DNA from: an uncultured Gemmatimonadales bacterium
GTDB taxonomy: Bacteria > Gemmatimonadota > Gemmatimonadetes > Gemmatimonadales > GWC2-71-9
Length of the DNA: 64,000 nucleotides
Direction of reading: 5' to 3'
Assembly: GCA_963761885.1 (NCBI GenBank)
Contig: CAVXIN010000009.1
Span: 38,740 to 102,739 of the forward strand
Part shown: piece after piece, positions 32,938 through 44,804 of the stretch
How positions within the stretch are numbered: the stretch's first letter is position 1
Layout: every line of letters begins with the position of its first letter
Position numbers and translations under genes: made by a program
The notes under the pieces: model-generated
Seen by the model: the letters and a program-made list of their open reading frames with translations, nothing else
Told to the model about the DNA's origin: nothing
The model's database searches: none

Positions 32938-34173
32938 GTGGATACCACAACGAAGCTCTCCATCCTGGCGGACGCGGCCAAGTACGATGCCTCGTGTGCC
33001 AGCAGCGGTTCGAAGGGCCGGCGGGCGGGCCCCCGCGGGATCGGCAGCACCGAGGGGATGGGCATCTGCCACAGCTACACTCCCGACGGCCGCTGCGTCT
33101 CGCTGCTCAAGCTCCTGCTCACCAACTACTGCATCTACGACTGCGGCTACTGCATCAACCGCCGCTCCAGCGGGGTGCGTCGGGCGCGATTCACGCCAGA
33201 GGAAGTCGTCGGGCTGACCCTCGAGTTCTACCGCCGGAACTACATCGAAGGGCTCTTCCTCAGCTCCGGCATCATCCGGGGGCCGGACTATACGATGGAG
33301 CAGCTGGTGGCGGTGGCCCGGCAGCTCCGGCGCGATCACGGATTCGGCGGGTACATCCATCTCAAGACCATCCCCAACGCCTCACCCGATCTGATCCGGG
33401 AGGCGGGACGCTACGCCGACCGGCTGAGCATCAATCTGGAGCTCCCGCGCCAGAGCGATCTCGACGCGCTCGCGCCGGACAAGGAGCTGGTGCAGATCAC
33501 GCGAGCCATGGGCGTGATCCGGGACGGCATCGCCGAGGCGGGCGAGCCGAGAGCGCCGGCCTTCTCGCCCGCGGGCCAGGCCACGCAGATGATCGTGGGG
33601 GCGACCGATGCATCCGACGCCGCGATCCTGGAGGCCTCGGCCTCCCTGTACGCTCGGGAGCGGCTCCGCCGCGTCTACTTCTCCGCGTTCAGCCCGATTC
33701 CGGATGCGGATCCGGGTCTCCCGCCGATGGCGCCGCCGCTCCTGCGGGAGCACCGCCTGTATCAAGCGGACTGGCTGGTTCGCTTCTACGGCTTCGGGGT
33801 GCGTGAGCTGACCACTCCCGAAGCGCCCAACCTCTCCCTGGAGCTGGATCCAAAGCTGGAGTGGGCGCTTCGAAACCGGGCCCGGTTTCCGGTGGACATC
33901 AACCGCGCCGATCGGACCGAGCTGCTCCGGATTCCCGGCATCGGCATCCGCAACGTGGGGCGCATCGTCGCGATGCGACGCTGGCGGCGGCTTCGGGTGG
34001 ACGATCTCGCACGCCTGCGCGTGACGCTGGGCCGCGCGCTGCCGTTCGTCGTCCTGGCCGATCACTCGCCGGGTACGCTCCCGGATCGCGAAGATCTGCC
34101 CCGCCGCGTCGCGCGTCGTGACCAGCTCGACCTCTTCGCGGTCGAGCGATCGGCCATCAGCGGCGAGATCTGA
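32938..34173 (+). CDS. Putative DNA modification/repair radical SAM protein (TIGR03916 family) with C-terminal HhH
   Basis: KLSILADAAKYDASCASSG, GICHSYTPDGRCVSLLK, CIYDCGYC (CxxxCxxC), YIEGLFLSSG, REHRLYQADWL, LLRIPGIG. Confidence 0.95.
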   Translation: MDTTTKLSILADAAKYDASCASSGSKGRRAGPRGIGSTEGMGICHSYTPDGRCVSLLKLLLTNYCIYDCGYCINRRSSGVRRARFTPEEVVGLTLEFYRRNYIEGLFLSSGIIRGPDYTMEQLVAVARQLRRDHGFGGYIHLKTIPNASPDLIREAGRYADRLSINLELPRQSDLDALAPDKELVQITRAMGVIRDGIAEAGEPRAPAFSPAGQATQMIVGATDASDAAILEASASLYARERLRRVYFSAFSPIPDADPGLPPMAPPLLREHRLYQADWLVRFYGFGVRELTTPEAPNLSLELDPKLEWALRNRARFPVDINRADRTELLRIPGIGIRNVGRIVAMRRWRRLRVDDLARLRVTLGRALPFVVLADHSPGTLPDREDLPRRVARRDQLDLFAVERSAISGEI

Positions 34174-34179
34174 GCGGCG

Positions 34180-36057
34180 GTGCGGGTCGTTCGCTTCGAG
34201 GCCGACTTCGACAGCTGGCGCCGGCACGCGCGCCAGCTGCTCACCCGCGGGACGCTACCCGAATCGGTGCACTGGGAGCCATCGGATGCTCCCCAGGGTG
34301 TGCTCGACGGGCTGACCGCCGACGGGGCGGCCGCGCCGCCGACGATCGCGCCCAGGGTCTCGACGCGGTTCCTGCAGGTGGCCCGCCTGGTCGCGTGCCA
34401 CCGGGATCCCGGGCGCTGGAGCCTTCTCTACCGCGCGCTCTGGCGGCAGACCGGCGCCGAGCCGCACCTTCTGGCGCTGGCGACCGATCCCGACGTCGCC
34501 GCGCTGTACGACATGGCGCGCGCCGTCAAGCGCGCGGCGCACAAGATGAAGGCGTTCGTCCGGTTTCGCGCGGTCGCCTCCGAGGCCGCCGGCGGCCCGG
34601 TGTACGTGGCCTGGTTCGAGCCGGCGCACCTGGTGGTGAAGGCCACCGCGCCCTTCTTCGCGCGTCGCTTCGCCTCCATGCGCTGGTCCATCCTCACGCC
34701 GGACCGCTGCGCGCATTGGGACGGCGCCTCGCTCCGCTTCTCACCCGGCGCCTCCCGCACCGACGCTCCAACCGACGACGCGCTGGAAGAGCTGTGGCGG
34801 GCGTATTACGCCAACGCCTTCAACCCCGCGAGGCTGAACCCGTCCGCCATGCGGTCGGAGATGCCCAAGCGGTACTGGCGCAATCTTCCCGAGTCGCGCC
34901 TCATCGCCGGGCTCGCGCGCGACGCGCCGCGGCGGATGGCGAACATGCTGTCGCAGACGCTCCAGCCGGCGGAGCCGCTTCCGGAAGACCTCGTCGCCAC
35001 CGAGCCTCCACCGGCATCGCCGACCGGCCGAGACCCGACCCACGATCCCGGCGTCCGCGCCGCGCGACAGAGACTGCAATCGGTGGCTGCCGGTGCGCCG
35101 ACCGGTCTCAGGGTACCGAGTGGCGCGACGCTGTATGTGGGGGTGGCGGGGTGGACCGACGCGACACTCACAGCGGGCGGCGTGTTCTATCCCCGCGGCG
35201 CCGAGAACGCCGAGGACCGGCTCCGGTACTACGCCGGGCGGTACCCGATCGTCGAGGTGGACGCCACCTACTACGCCATGCCCACCCGCGGCATGGCGGT
35301 CGAATGGGCGCGGCGCACGCCGGACGGGTTCCTGTTCGACGTCAAGGCGCACGGCCTGATGACGGGCCACGGGGCCGACATCCGTCGGCTGCCGGACTGG
35401 CTTCGCCGCGAGCTGCCGCGCTCTTCCGGCGAGCGACTCTACGCGCGCGACCTCCCGGCTGCACTGCTCGACGAAGTCTGGCGCCGGTTCCTGGCCGCAC
35501 TCGAGCCGCTCCGCGAGGCGGGGAAACTGGGCGCCATCCTGCTCCAGTTCCCCCGATGGTTCATGCCTTCACGAGAGAGCGCGGCCGCGCTGGCGGCGTG
35601 CCGTGCGCGCCTGGGCGATTGGCTCGGGGCGATCGAATTCCGCCACCACGCCTGGATGACAGGCCGGCTGGCGGAACGGACCCCGGCGCTGCTCTCCGAT
35701 CTCGACCTGGCGTACGTGGTGGTGGATGGACCGCAGGGGATGGCGAGCAGCATGCCGCCGACAGCCGCGGTCACCTCGCGGCGACTGGCGGTCATGCGGC
35801 TTCACGGGCGGCGGACCGAGACCTGGGAGACGCGGAACGATCCCGCCACCGAGCGCTACCGCTACCTGTACGACGAAGCCGAGCTGGCGGAGCACCTGCG
35901 GCGGATCCTGGAGCTGTCTCACGACAAGGCCAGCGCGCTCCACATCATCTACAACAACTGCCACGGCAACTACGCCGTCACCAATGCCGCGGAGCTGACC
36001 AGCCTCCTGCTAGAAGGTCGCGCCGATCGAGAAGTGGAGCTGCAGGCGGCGACGTGA
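34180..36057 (+). CDS. Fusion: TIGR03915/DUF4130 putative DNA repair domain + C-terminal DUF72 (YecE) domain
   Basis: N-terminus: HKMKAFVRFR, WFEPAH, FFARRFASMRWSILTP, FNPARL, EMPKRYWRNLPE. C-terminus: VGVAGWTD, YPIVEVDATYYAMP, TPDGFLFDVKA, KLGAILLQFP, IEFRH, RLHGR. Confidence 0.9.
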   Translation: MRVVRFEADFDSWRRHARQLLTRGTLPESVHWEPSDAPQGVLDGLTADGAAAPPTIAPRVSTRFLQVARLVACHRDPGRWSLLYRALWRQTGAEPHLLALATDPDVAALYDMARAVKRAAHKMKAFVRFRAVASEAAGGPVYVAWFEPAHLVVKATAPFFARRFASMRWSILTPDRCAHWDGASLRFSPGASRTDAPTDDALEELWRAYYANAFNPARLNPSAMRSEMPKRYWRNLPESRLIAGLARDAPRRMANMLSQTLQPAEPLPEDLVATEPPPASPTGRDPTHDPGVRAARQRLQSVAAGAPTGLRVPSGATLYVGVAGWTDATLTAGGVFYPRGAENAEDRLRYYAGRYPIVEVDATYYAMPTRGMAVEWARRTPDGFLFDVKAHGLMTGHGADIRRLPDWLRRELPRSSGERLYARDLPAALLDEVWRRFLAALEPLREAGKLGAILLQFPRWFMPSRESAAALAACRARLGDWLGAIEFRHHAWMTGRLAERTPALLSDLDLAYVVVDGPQGMASSMPPTAAVTSRRLAVMRLHGRRTETWETRNDPATERYRYLYDEAELAEHLRRILELSHDKASALHIIYNNCHGNYAVTNAAELTSLLLEGRADREVELQAAT

Positions 36058-38167
36058 GTCGGTGGGAACGCTGCTGAGCGGACGGCCTTCCTGCAGGGCC
36101 TGCAGCACCTCATCGGGATCGCGTACGTCGAGAGCGGATGGGTTGAGCTTGTAGCCGAGCGACACCTGCACGGCGCCGACGACGGTCTCGTAGCCGATGC
36201 CCGCGCCGGTGCCGAAGAAGAAGCGATCCTGCTCCAGGTCGTCACCGGCGTCGAGGGCGAAGCGGTCGTCGGGGGTCCACACCCGGGCGCCATCGAGGAA
36301 GACGAAGGTCTGCCACTTGGCGTCGAAGCCCGGCAACGGGAGCTGCAGCTCCGCGCTCCCCTGCACCCGGGCGAGTCCGCCGACCGGCGAGTATCGCTCG
36401 GCGAACGCGGTGCGCACGCCGTCCTCTTCCCTGAACTGCACCTCCGGCAGCTTGGGCCCGACCAGCTGGCTTCCCCACCCGCGCACGTCGCGGGTGCCAC
36501 CGGAGCTGAACGTCACATCGCGGAGCCGCAGCAGCGACACGAAAGGCGACTCGGCGCCCACCGGCTCGAGGCTCTTGCCGAACGGGAAGATGCGCCCCGC
36601 ACTGCCCCGCAGCGTGAAGCCGATCCGGTCGGTGAACGGCACGAACGCGCTGCCCCCCAGGTCGAGCAGCAGATACTGGCTGGTGTTGAACCCGGGCAAG
36701 GTCACCGAGACGCGAGGCCGGAGCACGTAGCCCTGACGCGGATTGGCGAACTCGTCGAGCACGCCCCAGCTCCCATCGAGGGTCACCGCGCTCCGGTTGA
36801 TGGTCGTGCCCAGCGATCCTACCGTCGCCGAATCGGCGAGCCCCAGCAGCGGCAGGTAGTCGATGGGCTCGAGGTCGTCGCCGAATCCGTAGTCGAGGAT
36901 CCGGCGGTGGGAGATGTTGTACCCCAGCGAGAGCGAACGGAGCGGGCTGGTGGCGTAGACCAGCGTCCCCTCGAACCCCACCGCCTGGGAGCGGTCGCGC
37001 AGGTCGTCGCGGTACTCGACGAACGGCCCGCCGGCCGCCGACAGGAAGCGCGAACCGACATACGGCTGGAACACCGTCACCGCCAGCCGGTAGCGCCGCT
37101 CGGCGGGCGTCTCCAGCGCGATGAGTCCGGTCTGCGCGGTCACGCCCACCGTCAGCGTGCGCAGCGCCGTGAAGAAAGCTGCGGTGGGTCCACTCCACCT
37201 GGCTGGTGAGCCCGCCGCTGGAGACGAGGCCGGCCTCGCCGCGGATCAGGCGGGGCTGATTCTCGGTGACTCCGACCTGGACCACCACGCTCGAGTCCTG
37301 CGCCTCGGCCCGGGGCACGTTGACCAGGGCGAGCCGCACGATGGGGAGCTGGGTCAGCTGGGCCGGCCCTGCTCCAGCTTCGCGGCGTTGTACCAGTCGC
37401 CCGGCGCGAGCGGGAGCTGGCGGGTGAAATGACGGGCGGGCACCGTCTCGGTTGCCGCTCACCGCGAACTCCCGGATCCGGGCCCGCATCCCGGGACTCA
37501 CCGCGGACGACCACATCCGCCCGGTTGGCCGCGGTATCCACCAGCACGTCGGCCTCGGCCGCCGCGAAGGGATAGCCCCGGTTCCGCAGCCACCGGGTGG
37601 TGCGGTCCGCGATGCCCCGCCGCTCGCCCTCGCCCAGCCGGCCCTGCTCCTGCCTGCTCCAGGCTCACGAAGCCCGACCAATCCTGACCCAGCTCGGGTG
37701 CGACCGCCGGCGGTCGCGCTGTCCGGCCCGACGAAGCGCACGGCGCGGAGCAGGACCGGCGGCCCTTCCTCGACCTGGAAGGTGACGGACGCGAGATCTT
37801 CCTCGGCGTCGTAGCGGACGTCGTAGTCCACCTTCGGCGTCGAGGTAGCCCGTAGCGGGTGTAGATGTTGCGGAGGCGGGCGACGTCGCGCTGCAGCTCG
37901 AGCGGACGGAACGGATGCTCGCCGACCGGCTTGACGAGGGGCACAAAGCTGAGGGCCCGGCGCAGCCCGACGATCCGCCCCGCGCCGTGAGCGCGATGTG
38001 GGGCCGGAGATCCTTCTCCTGGCAGCTCGTGCTCGCCGCGGAACTCGAACTCGATCTTCCTCACCTGGGTGGCCGGGCCGACGCCGCTCAGCGCGTCCTG
38101 CGCGGCCAGGCGGCGCGACGCTCGCCAGAGACAGGGCCACTACGACCGCCGCGAGCCTAGAACGCAT
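36010..38167 (-). CDS. tamA: BamA/TamA (Omp85) family outer-membrane protein (frameshifts at 37.1-38.1 kb)
   Basis: Signal peptide MRSRLAAVVVALSL; POTRA-like segments; SSGGTRDVRGW loop-6 motif; ends LHFSIGATF. Confidence 0.85.
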
Positions 38168-41100
38168 AGCGGCCCCGCATGAGCAGGCCGGCAGGCAGGC
38201 TGCCGCCGCGGAGTGTGCGTGCGCAGCCAGCGGCTCAAGGTGTACTCCAGCTCGAAGCCCGGACCGGTCGCGTTGCCCACCTGCTGTTCGGCGGTAGCGC
38301 CGATCCGCAGCGGCTGCTGCAGACTGACGAAAACCCGGGACGACGAGATACCGCCCTGCGGTGAGAGTGAGCCCCCGCGACGGCTCCTGCCGGATCTGGA
38401 AGACGTCGAACCCGAGCCCCTCCCCCGCGGCACCCCCGAGGTTCTCCGCGAGCTGGTTGACCGCCAGCTGCGACGCGCTGATTCCACCGCCGCCCTGCTG
38501 ATCCACCAGCGGGTTGTCGGAGGCGGGCCGGCCGGTGACGATGTAGGAGATGATGTCCTCCTGGCCCATGGACGGCTCGGAGGTGAAGTCGAGCGCGAGG
38601 CTGTCGGGCCGGCCCTTGGCGGCCACGTTGATCAGCACCTCCTCGTCGTCCGGATCGCCCTGGGTGGGGACCAGGTACTGGGCGGTCACGTCCAGGGTGG
38701 TCGCCTCCGCGGGTCCCTGCAGGGCGATGGTCCCCTCCTCGAGCGTGAAGGTCCTTCCATAGAGGTTCATCTCGCCGCGGCCCGGGATCGGCTCCACCTC
38801 TCCGAAGAACTGCATCGGTTGACCCGGCTGCTGCCGGACGTTGATCCGGCCGGCGAGCTCGATGTCGATGCTGGGACTCGCCGTCTTGCGGAACCAGACC
38901 CGCCGGGCGAATCGGATATCGAGGTCCATCCGGAAGCGGTCCACGAAGCTGGGCCCTTCCGCCTCTCCGGTGACGGCGGCCGGTCCGAAGCGCTGGGCCA
39001 GCGTGGTGAGGTCGGCCGGTGTCAGCTGGACTTCCTCTACCGCCGCCGCGGCTTCGGCGCCGACGAAGATCTCGGTACGCCCGAGCTCCAGCTTGCCGGT
39101 GAGCACCGGCTCCGACGCCGTTCCCTTGAGCGCGAGATCCCCGGTCGCCATCGCGCGCAGCGCGTCGGAATGAGAGACCCGGAAGTCGGTGAGGCGCGCC
39201 GTGATGTCGAGCGTCGGGTCGGCGAGAGGCGTCAGCAACACGCTGCCGCGTGCAACGAGCTCTTCCTTCTTGCCGGTGATAAGGCGCAGGGTGTCGATCT
39301 CGAACCGCTCCCCCGCGAGCCGCCCCGCCAGCCGTCCCTCCGAGTAGGTGATGCCGAGTGAGGGCAGCTCGACGCCGAGGTCGCGAAGGTCCACGGTGCC
39401 GCTCGCCCGGGCGTGGTCGGGCGAGCCGCCGATCCGGCCATCCACCGCGAGCAGCCCCTTGAGGTCCTTCGCCGCCTCCTCGGGCAGGAACGGCTCGAAG
39501 AACGCCAGGTCGAAACTGTCCGCGCGCACGGTGAGCGCCATCGTGTCCGCCGCTTCGCGCGCGAAGCCGACGGCGTCGGCGCTGTCGGGCGGAACCAGCG
39601 TCAGCCGCCAGGGCAGCGTTCCCTGGATGCGGAGCCCTCCGCCCACGGTCGGGGCGGCCTGCGCGTCGATACGAAGTCCCGTCCGTGTCCAGTCGACCTC
39701 GGATGCGAGACGCCCCACGTCGTCGCCACCGCCGCGGCGAACCGCGAGCGTGACCTTGCCCTCGACTGCGGGCTCGGTGGCGGGACCGGAGAGCCGCAGG
39801 GTACCATCGAGCCGCCCCGCAACGGGCACCAGTCTCGCCTCCGCCAACGCGTCGAGGTCGAACCCGTCGAAGCGCAGGGTCATGTCGCTGGAATCGCGAC
39901 GGTCGAAGATGCCGTTCACGGCGATGCGACGGTCCCGAGCCTCCAACTGAAAGGCGTCGACCCGGACCACTCCCGGCCGCAGGTCAATCGTCGCGGGGCG
40001 CTCCAGCCGCCAGGTGCGCCCGCCCTCCGTCAGGTCGAGCTGGCGGAGCACCGCATGGGTCGTGTCTCCGGCGGTGCTGCCGTTCAATCCCAACGCGAGA
40101 CGAATGTCCTCGGTGACCGTGACGGTTCCGCGAAGCGCGATCACGGAGTCGTACCGCCCTGCGAGGTCGATCCGACGCACCGCCACCTTGCCCGCCGCTG
40201 CGCCGTCGATCCGAAGGTTGCCGGCCACCGAGCCGAGCCCGGTGCTGTCGAGCGTCCCCGAACCGCGCGCCTGGACCCGCTCGGCCAGGTTGCCGGCATA
40301 GAGCACGCGGTACACGTCGGCAGCGCCGGAGACTCGCCTGCGGTCGGCTGGACCCGTCACCTTGATGTCGAGCAGGGTGGAATCCACGGCGACCGAGTCG
40401 GCGCCGGCGAGCAGGGCCAACGGGGTGAGATCGCCACTCCGGCCCGCGATGCGGAGAGTGTCAGATCCACCGCCTCTGAGCGCGAGTCGCCCACCTCCAT
40501 CGAGCGTCGCGACGTTGGAGCGGAAGACCAGCGTGTCCACATCGATAGCGCCGGTGACGGGTCGAAGCGCGAGGTACACCTGCTGGAGCCGCACGTCACC
40601 GATCCCGCCGGCCCCGGTCACGGTCCCACCCAAGGAGACGAGACCGCTGCTGTCGGCGACGGCATCCAGTCCGAACCGGCCCTCGAGGCGCCCCTCGGCG
40701 CGGGGATTCCCGGTCCAGCGGGCGAGGTGCTCCAGGCGAATGTCCCCATCGCTCCTGATCCGCGACCCGGCGGCGGCGACGGTACCGGTCACCTTGGCAC
40801 GAACGGTCGCGTCTTCGCCTTGCAGCCGCGCCTCGCCCTCGAGCGCCCCACGGTCCAGCCCCAGTGTCACCCGCCCGCCCGACAACTCGGCCTGGTTGAT
40901 CCGCGACGGCAGCAGCTCCAGATCCAGTTTCGCTCGCAGGCTGTCCATGCCGCTGCCGGCCAGAGAGCCGGTGAAGCTGGAGGTGATGGAGGTGCGCAGG
41001 CTGTCGCGCCCGAGCAGAACGCCCAGATCGAGCGAGTCGGCGCGGCCGGTCCTGACCAGATAGCTGGGCGTGGGGTCGAGTGGCCGGCCCTCACCGGCGA

Positions 41101-43222
41101 GCGCGAGCGCGCCGCCATCGGTGCGGATCGCCGCGTCATAGGTCAGGCGATCTCCCGCCAGGCTCGCCACGATGTCGCCACCGGTGACGCCGACCGTCCC
41201 GAGCCGGGAGGGAGCCAACCTGAGGCGCGTGTGGACCGTCTTCGTAGACTCGCCCCAACGCCCGCGGCCGGTCGCCACGAGCGTGACCGGGCCAGCGTAG
41301 GCGGGTTGGCCCATCAGAGTGCCCACGTCGACGCTGTCCAGCGCCGCGCGACGGATGACGAAGGTGGTGACCGAGTCGAAGGGTCGGGCGGTGGCATCGA
41401 CTGCGAGCCGTCCTCCCTGTAGCGCGCCTCGCACCTCGAGCTCGGCGCGTCCACCGTTCAGCCGTGCCTGGGCTACGACCTGCTGGACGCGACGCGCGGC
41501 GTAGCGCAGCTCATCCAACTCCAGCCTCGCGGTCACCGAGGCCTCGTCAGGCGCCGTGCCGGTTCCGCGGAGGGTGAACCGGCCGTTCAGCGGTGCGGCG
41601 ACCGTGTCACCCATGAGACGGCCGAGATCCACACCGTCTATCGTGCCCCGGCGCACGTCGTAGGTGACCGTGTCGCCCAGCCGCGCGGTCGCCAGCCCAC
41701 GGATCCGGCCTCCCGCGACGAGGAGCTCGGGCCGCAGCTCGATACGCCCGCTGTCCATCGCGATCGTGGCGTGGCCGAGGCTGACCCGCTCGCGGTTGGA
41801 CCGGACCGCGGCCAGCTCGACCCGGCCGTCCAGCGCGGCGGCGCTCGGCGTGACGCCATCTCCCTCGATCCGGAACCCGATGTCGAGCGTCGGGGCGCCC
41901 GCTTCGCCGGCCAGCGCTGCCGCGGCCGGCCGGGTGCCGTCGAGACCGGCAGCCGCGCCCGCGAGGCGGTACGACGGGACCGAATCGAATGGACGGGCCC
42001 AGCCATCGGCGCGCACCGTGCCGCCGTACAGCTCGCCCCGCAGCTTGAGGTCGGCCTTGCCCTGCTTGACCTCGGACTCGAGGGTGAGCCCGCGCATCTC
42101 GGTCCCGGCGAGCTTCGATCCTCGCAGCCGCAGCGACGCGGTCCCGTCGGCGAGGGGAAGTGTCTCACCGCGGAGATCGGCATCGATCTCACCGTTCACC
42201 ACTCCAATCGGCGCCGCCCGGTGCAGCCGGGACGGGTCGAGATCGCGCACCTTCCCGTGGAGGCGGTACACGGCGGGCGCGCCCTCACCCACGACGGTCG
42301 ATCCTGCCAGGTCGATCAACCCCTTGTCGATGCGTCCCGCCAGACGGGCGGTCACCAGCCGACCGGCCGCGCTCGCGGTGGCCTGGATGCGGAGATCGCC
42401 TTCGGGAGGAACGCCGGGATAGACGCTCGCGAGGTCGGCCAGGGCGAGCGGAAGCGCCTGCAGCTCCAGATCGAGGCGCTCGGCGATCCGGGGATCGTCG
42501 AAGGATCGCGGCAGGGTCAGCCGGCCCGCGATGGCGCTCCTGTGGCTCGTGAGGCGCAGTGTGTCGAGGCGAATCTCTTCGGCCGTGGCGGCACCTGCGG
42601 CGGCCAGATCGAACCAGAGGGGCGGGCCGCCGGGCGGAGCCAGCGCCGCACGAAGCGAGTCCATGGTGAGCAGGATCGGGTCGCCCACCACCAGCTCGTG
42701 CCCTTCCAGGGCCAGCCCCCGGATCAGCGCGGTGGAGTCAGGAGCGAGCTGGGCGGCGAGGTCCAGGCGCCGCACGGTGAGTCGGTCAATCCTGAAGTCT
42801 CCGCCGGCCGAGCCGGTGTCGCCCGACGTCCGGAGCGCGTTGGCCAGGTCCCACCCATCGCGTTCCCGCCGGGTGGTGACCCGCGCGCCGTCCACCACCA
42901 GCAGACGCAAGCGGCGATCGGGTCCCCGGAGCTGGCGGGGGTCGTAACGGACGGCCAGGGACTCGATCAGCGCCAGCTCCCGGCTGCCCCGGCGCAGCCG
43001 CACGTCCTCCAACCTCAGATGGGTGAGCCAATTACCGGTCACACCACCGACCTCGAGCGCGTACCCGTGGTTGAGGGGGACGAGCCCGAGCGCCCGGCGC
43101 GCGACCCAGGTGGCCACGGCGGGCACCTGGAGTAGGGCTACGAGGGTGACCACGAGAACGAGGACCGAAATCCCGGTGATGACGAGTGCCCGGGTAATGC
43201 GGCGTTTGAGGAGGGACGTCAT
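38157..43222 (-). CDS. tamB: Translocation and assembly module TamB (DUF490); frameshifts near the C-terminus
   Basis: N-terminal TM anchor; long beta-taco repeats; C-terminal LDFTSEPSMGQEDIISYIVTG, LGFDVFQI, GRYL; inferred stop in RGRYAF* at 38157 overlapping the tamA start. Confidence 0.88.
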
Positions 43223-43326
43223 CCGGAAGAATCGACTGTAACGGGCGGGGCGGCCATGACTTGCGTCACGGCCGCAGGGTGCGGTCGATCCTGGCTGGTT
43301 CCCTTTCTGCTAGGGGAGCCGGCCGG

Positions 43327-43524
43327 TCATCTCCATTCGGCGCCGCAGGGACACTGGTGGCGTCCGGCGTGGCCGGTGTCGCGGTAGCAGATGCAGGAGT
43401 GGGTCTCGTCGCCGGTGCCGTAGAGGCAGACCCGGTCGTGCACGTTCCCACTTTCGATCCGCTCGATGTTGCGGGCGATTTCACGCAACACTGTGCTGCC
43501 CCGCGAGACCTCGGTCGCGTTCAC
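43327..43524 (-). CDS. Small Cys/His-rich protein (65 aa), possible zinc-binding
   Basis: GGAG 7 nt before GTG; C-terminus HSCICYRDTGHAGRHQCPCGAEW. Confidence 0.55.
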   Translation of the reverse strand: MNATEVSRGSTVLREIARNIERIESGNVHDRVCLYGTGDETHSCICYRDTGHAGRHQCPCGAEWR

Positions 43525-43673
43525 TCACGTTCTCCGAAACAGGTGTCGGCGATGAAGGGGACCAAACTAGAATTTTCGATTCCACATCGCCAGACGTCTT
43601 TTTCAACGTGGAAAGGCGTTGATTTGTAGATAAGACGCGGAAGGTGGGACGCAGAGGCGGGTTGAGACCGGTG

Positions 43674-44804
43674 TCACCAGGTCAGCGCGTACTGTGCTCC
43701 GAGCGTAAAGAGGACCTCGGAAGCGCGCAGATCGCCCGCGGGCTGGTCTCCGGGCCACGCGATGTGGTGACTGCTGACGCCCAGATTCACCGCAAAGTCG
43801 TCGAGAACGTGCACCGAGGCGGCCAGTCGTTCGAGCGCGTCGCGCCGTCGGCTCACGATGGCGCCGCCACCGAAGGCGAGCGATTTCTCCGCCGTGATGC
43901 TGACGGGAATACGGACCGAGGTCAGCCGCCCGTTGGCCGAGACTCGCGTCCCGATGATCTGCAGCACTTCCCGCCCGCTGGCATAGATCCCGAACTGCGA
44001 GCTGGCGGTCACCCCGCGCATCATGACGCTCGGCCCCAGGCTCGCGCTGTACGCGGTGCGATCCGCCAGCGCCGGCCTGGTACCGTCCGGCAGCCATTCG
44101 GTTCGTGTGGCGCCGAGGTGCATGGCGATCCCGTAGCTGACCTCGTCACCCCGCTTGAGCACGCGGCTCAGATCCAATCCCCCGCCGCCACCGTCCGCCC
44201 CAAGGAAACCCTGGACCCTGGCGCTCCAGTCCTTGGCGGCGAGCTCTCCTTCGAGGCTGAAGACGCCGCTCCGCAGCGCTTCGTGGAAGAGCGCGGCCCG
44301 GTTCCGCCCGGTCACCGTTCGCCGGGCGAACATGGTGCTCCAGCCGCCCGTGAGGGCGACGGTGCGCCGGTTGCGCTCCGGCAGGCGGACTTCGAGCTCG
44401 TGCCGGAACTCCCGGCAGAGGCCTCGCTTACAGACGGAGACCTGGACCGGCTTCTTGAGTCGGTCGAGCAGGAGGTGGTCGCGTCGCTCGGCGTACCTCC
44501 GACCGGGCACCGCATCGCCAAAATCGTCTCCCAGGACGGCCCGGAGCGGAGCGCCGGTGCTCCAATACCGATCCACTCCATTCTCGGAAGACAGCGCAAT
44601 GCTGTCCGCGAAGGGGCTCCGGACCACGACCAGGGCGCCCTGTCCGGGGCGGATCACGGCGGGCTCCACGATGAGGTCGACCGGTTCGGGGCCACCGGCC
44701 AAGCGAGTGGACTGGGAAGGGACGGCGCACGCCGCGAGAACGGAACAGCCGGCGAGTAAGGCCGCGCGCAAGAACGAGAGAGCGAGCAGGTGCGGACGGT
44801 GCAC
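43674..44804 (-). CDS. Hypothetical lipoprotein with probable C-terminal beta-barrel
   Basis: Lipobox-like LAGC/LAAC; alternating beta-strands; ends TLGAQYALTW. Confidence 0.6.
   Translation of the reverse strand: MHRPHLLALSFLRAALLAGCSVLAACAVPSQSTRLAGGPEPVDLIVEPAVIRPGQGALVVVRSPFADSIALSSENGVDRYWSTGAPLRAVLGDDFGDAVPGRRYAERRDHLLLDRLKKPVQVSVCKRGLCREFRHELEVRLPERNRRTVALTGGWSTMFARRTVTGRNRAALFHEALRSGVFSLEGELAAKDWSARVQGFLGADGGGGGLDLSRVLKRGDEVSYGIAMHLGATRTEWLPDGTRPALADRTAYSASLGPSVMMRGVTASSQFGIYASGREVLQIIGTRVSANGRLTSVRIPVSITAEKSLAFGGGAIVSRRRDALERLAASVHVLDDFAVNLGVSSHHIAWPGDQPAGDLRASEVLFTLGAQYALTW

Noticed and set aside
36242-43222. 2326-aa giant ORF suggesting a TamB-TamA fusion
   Set aside because: Frameshifts near 38200-38350 cause read-through; a separate TamB stop (38157) and a TamA signal-peptide start (38167) are visible.
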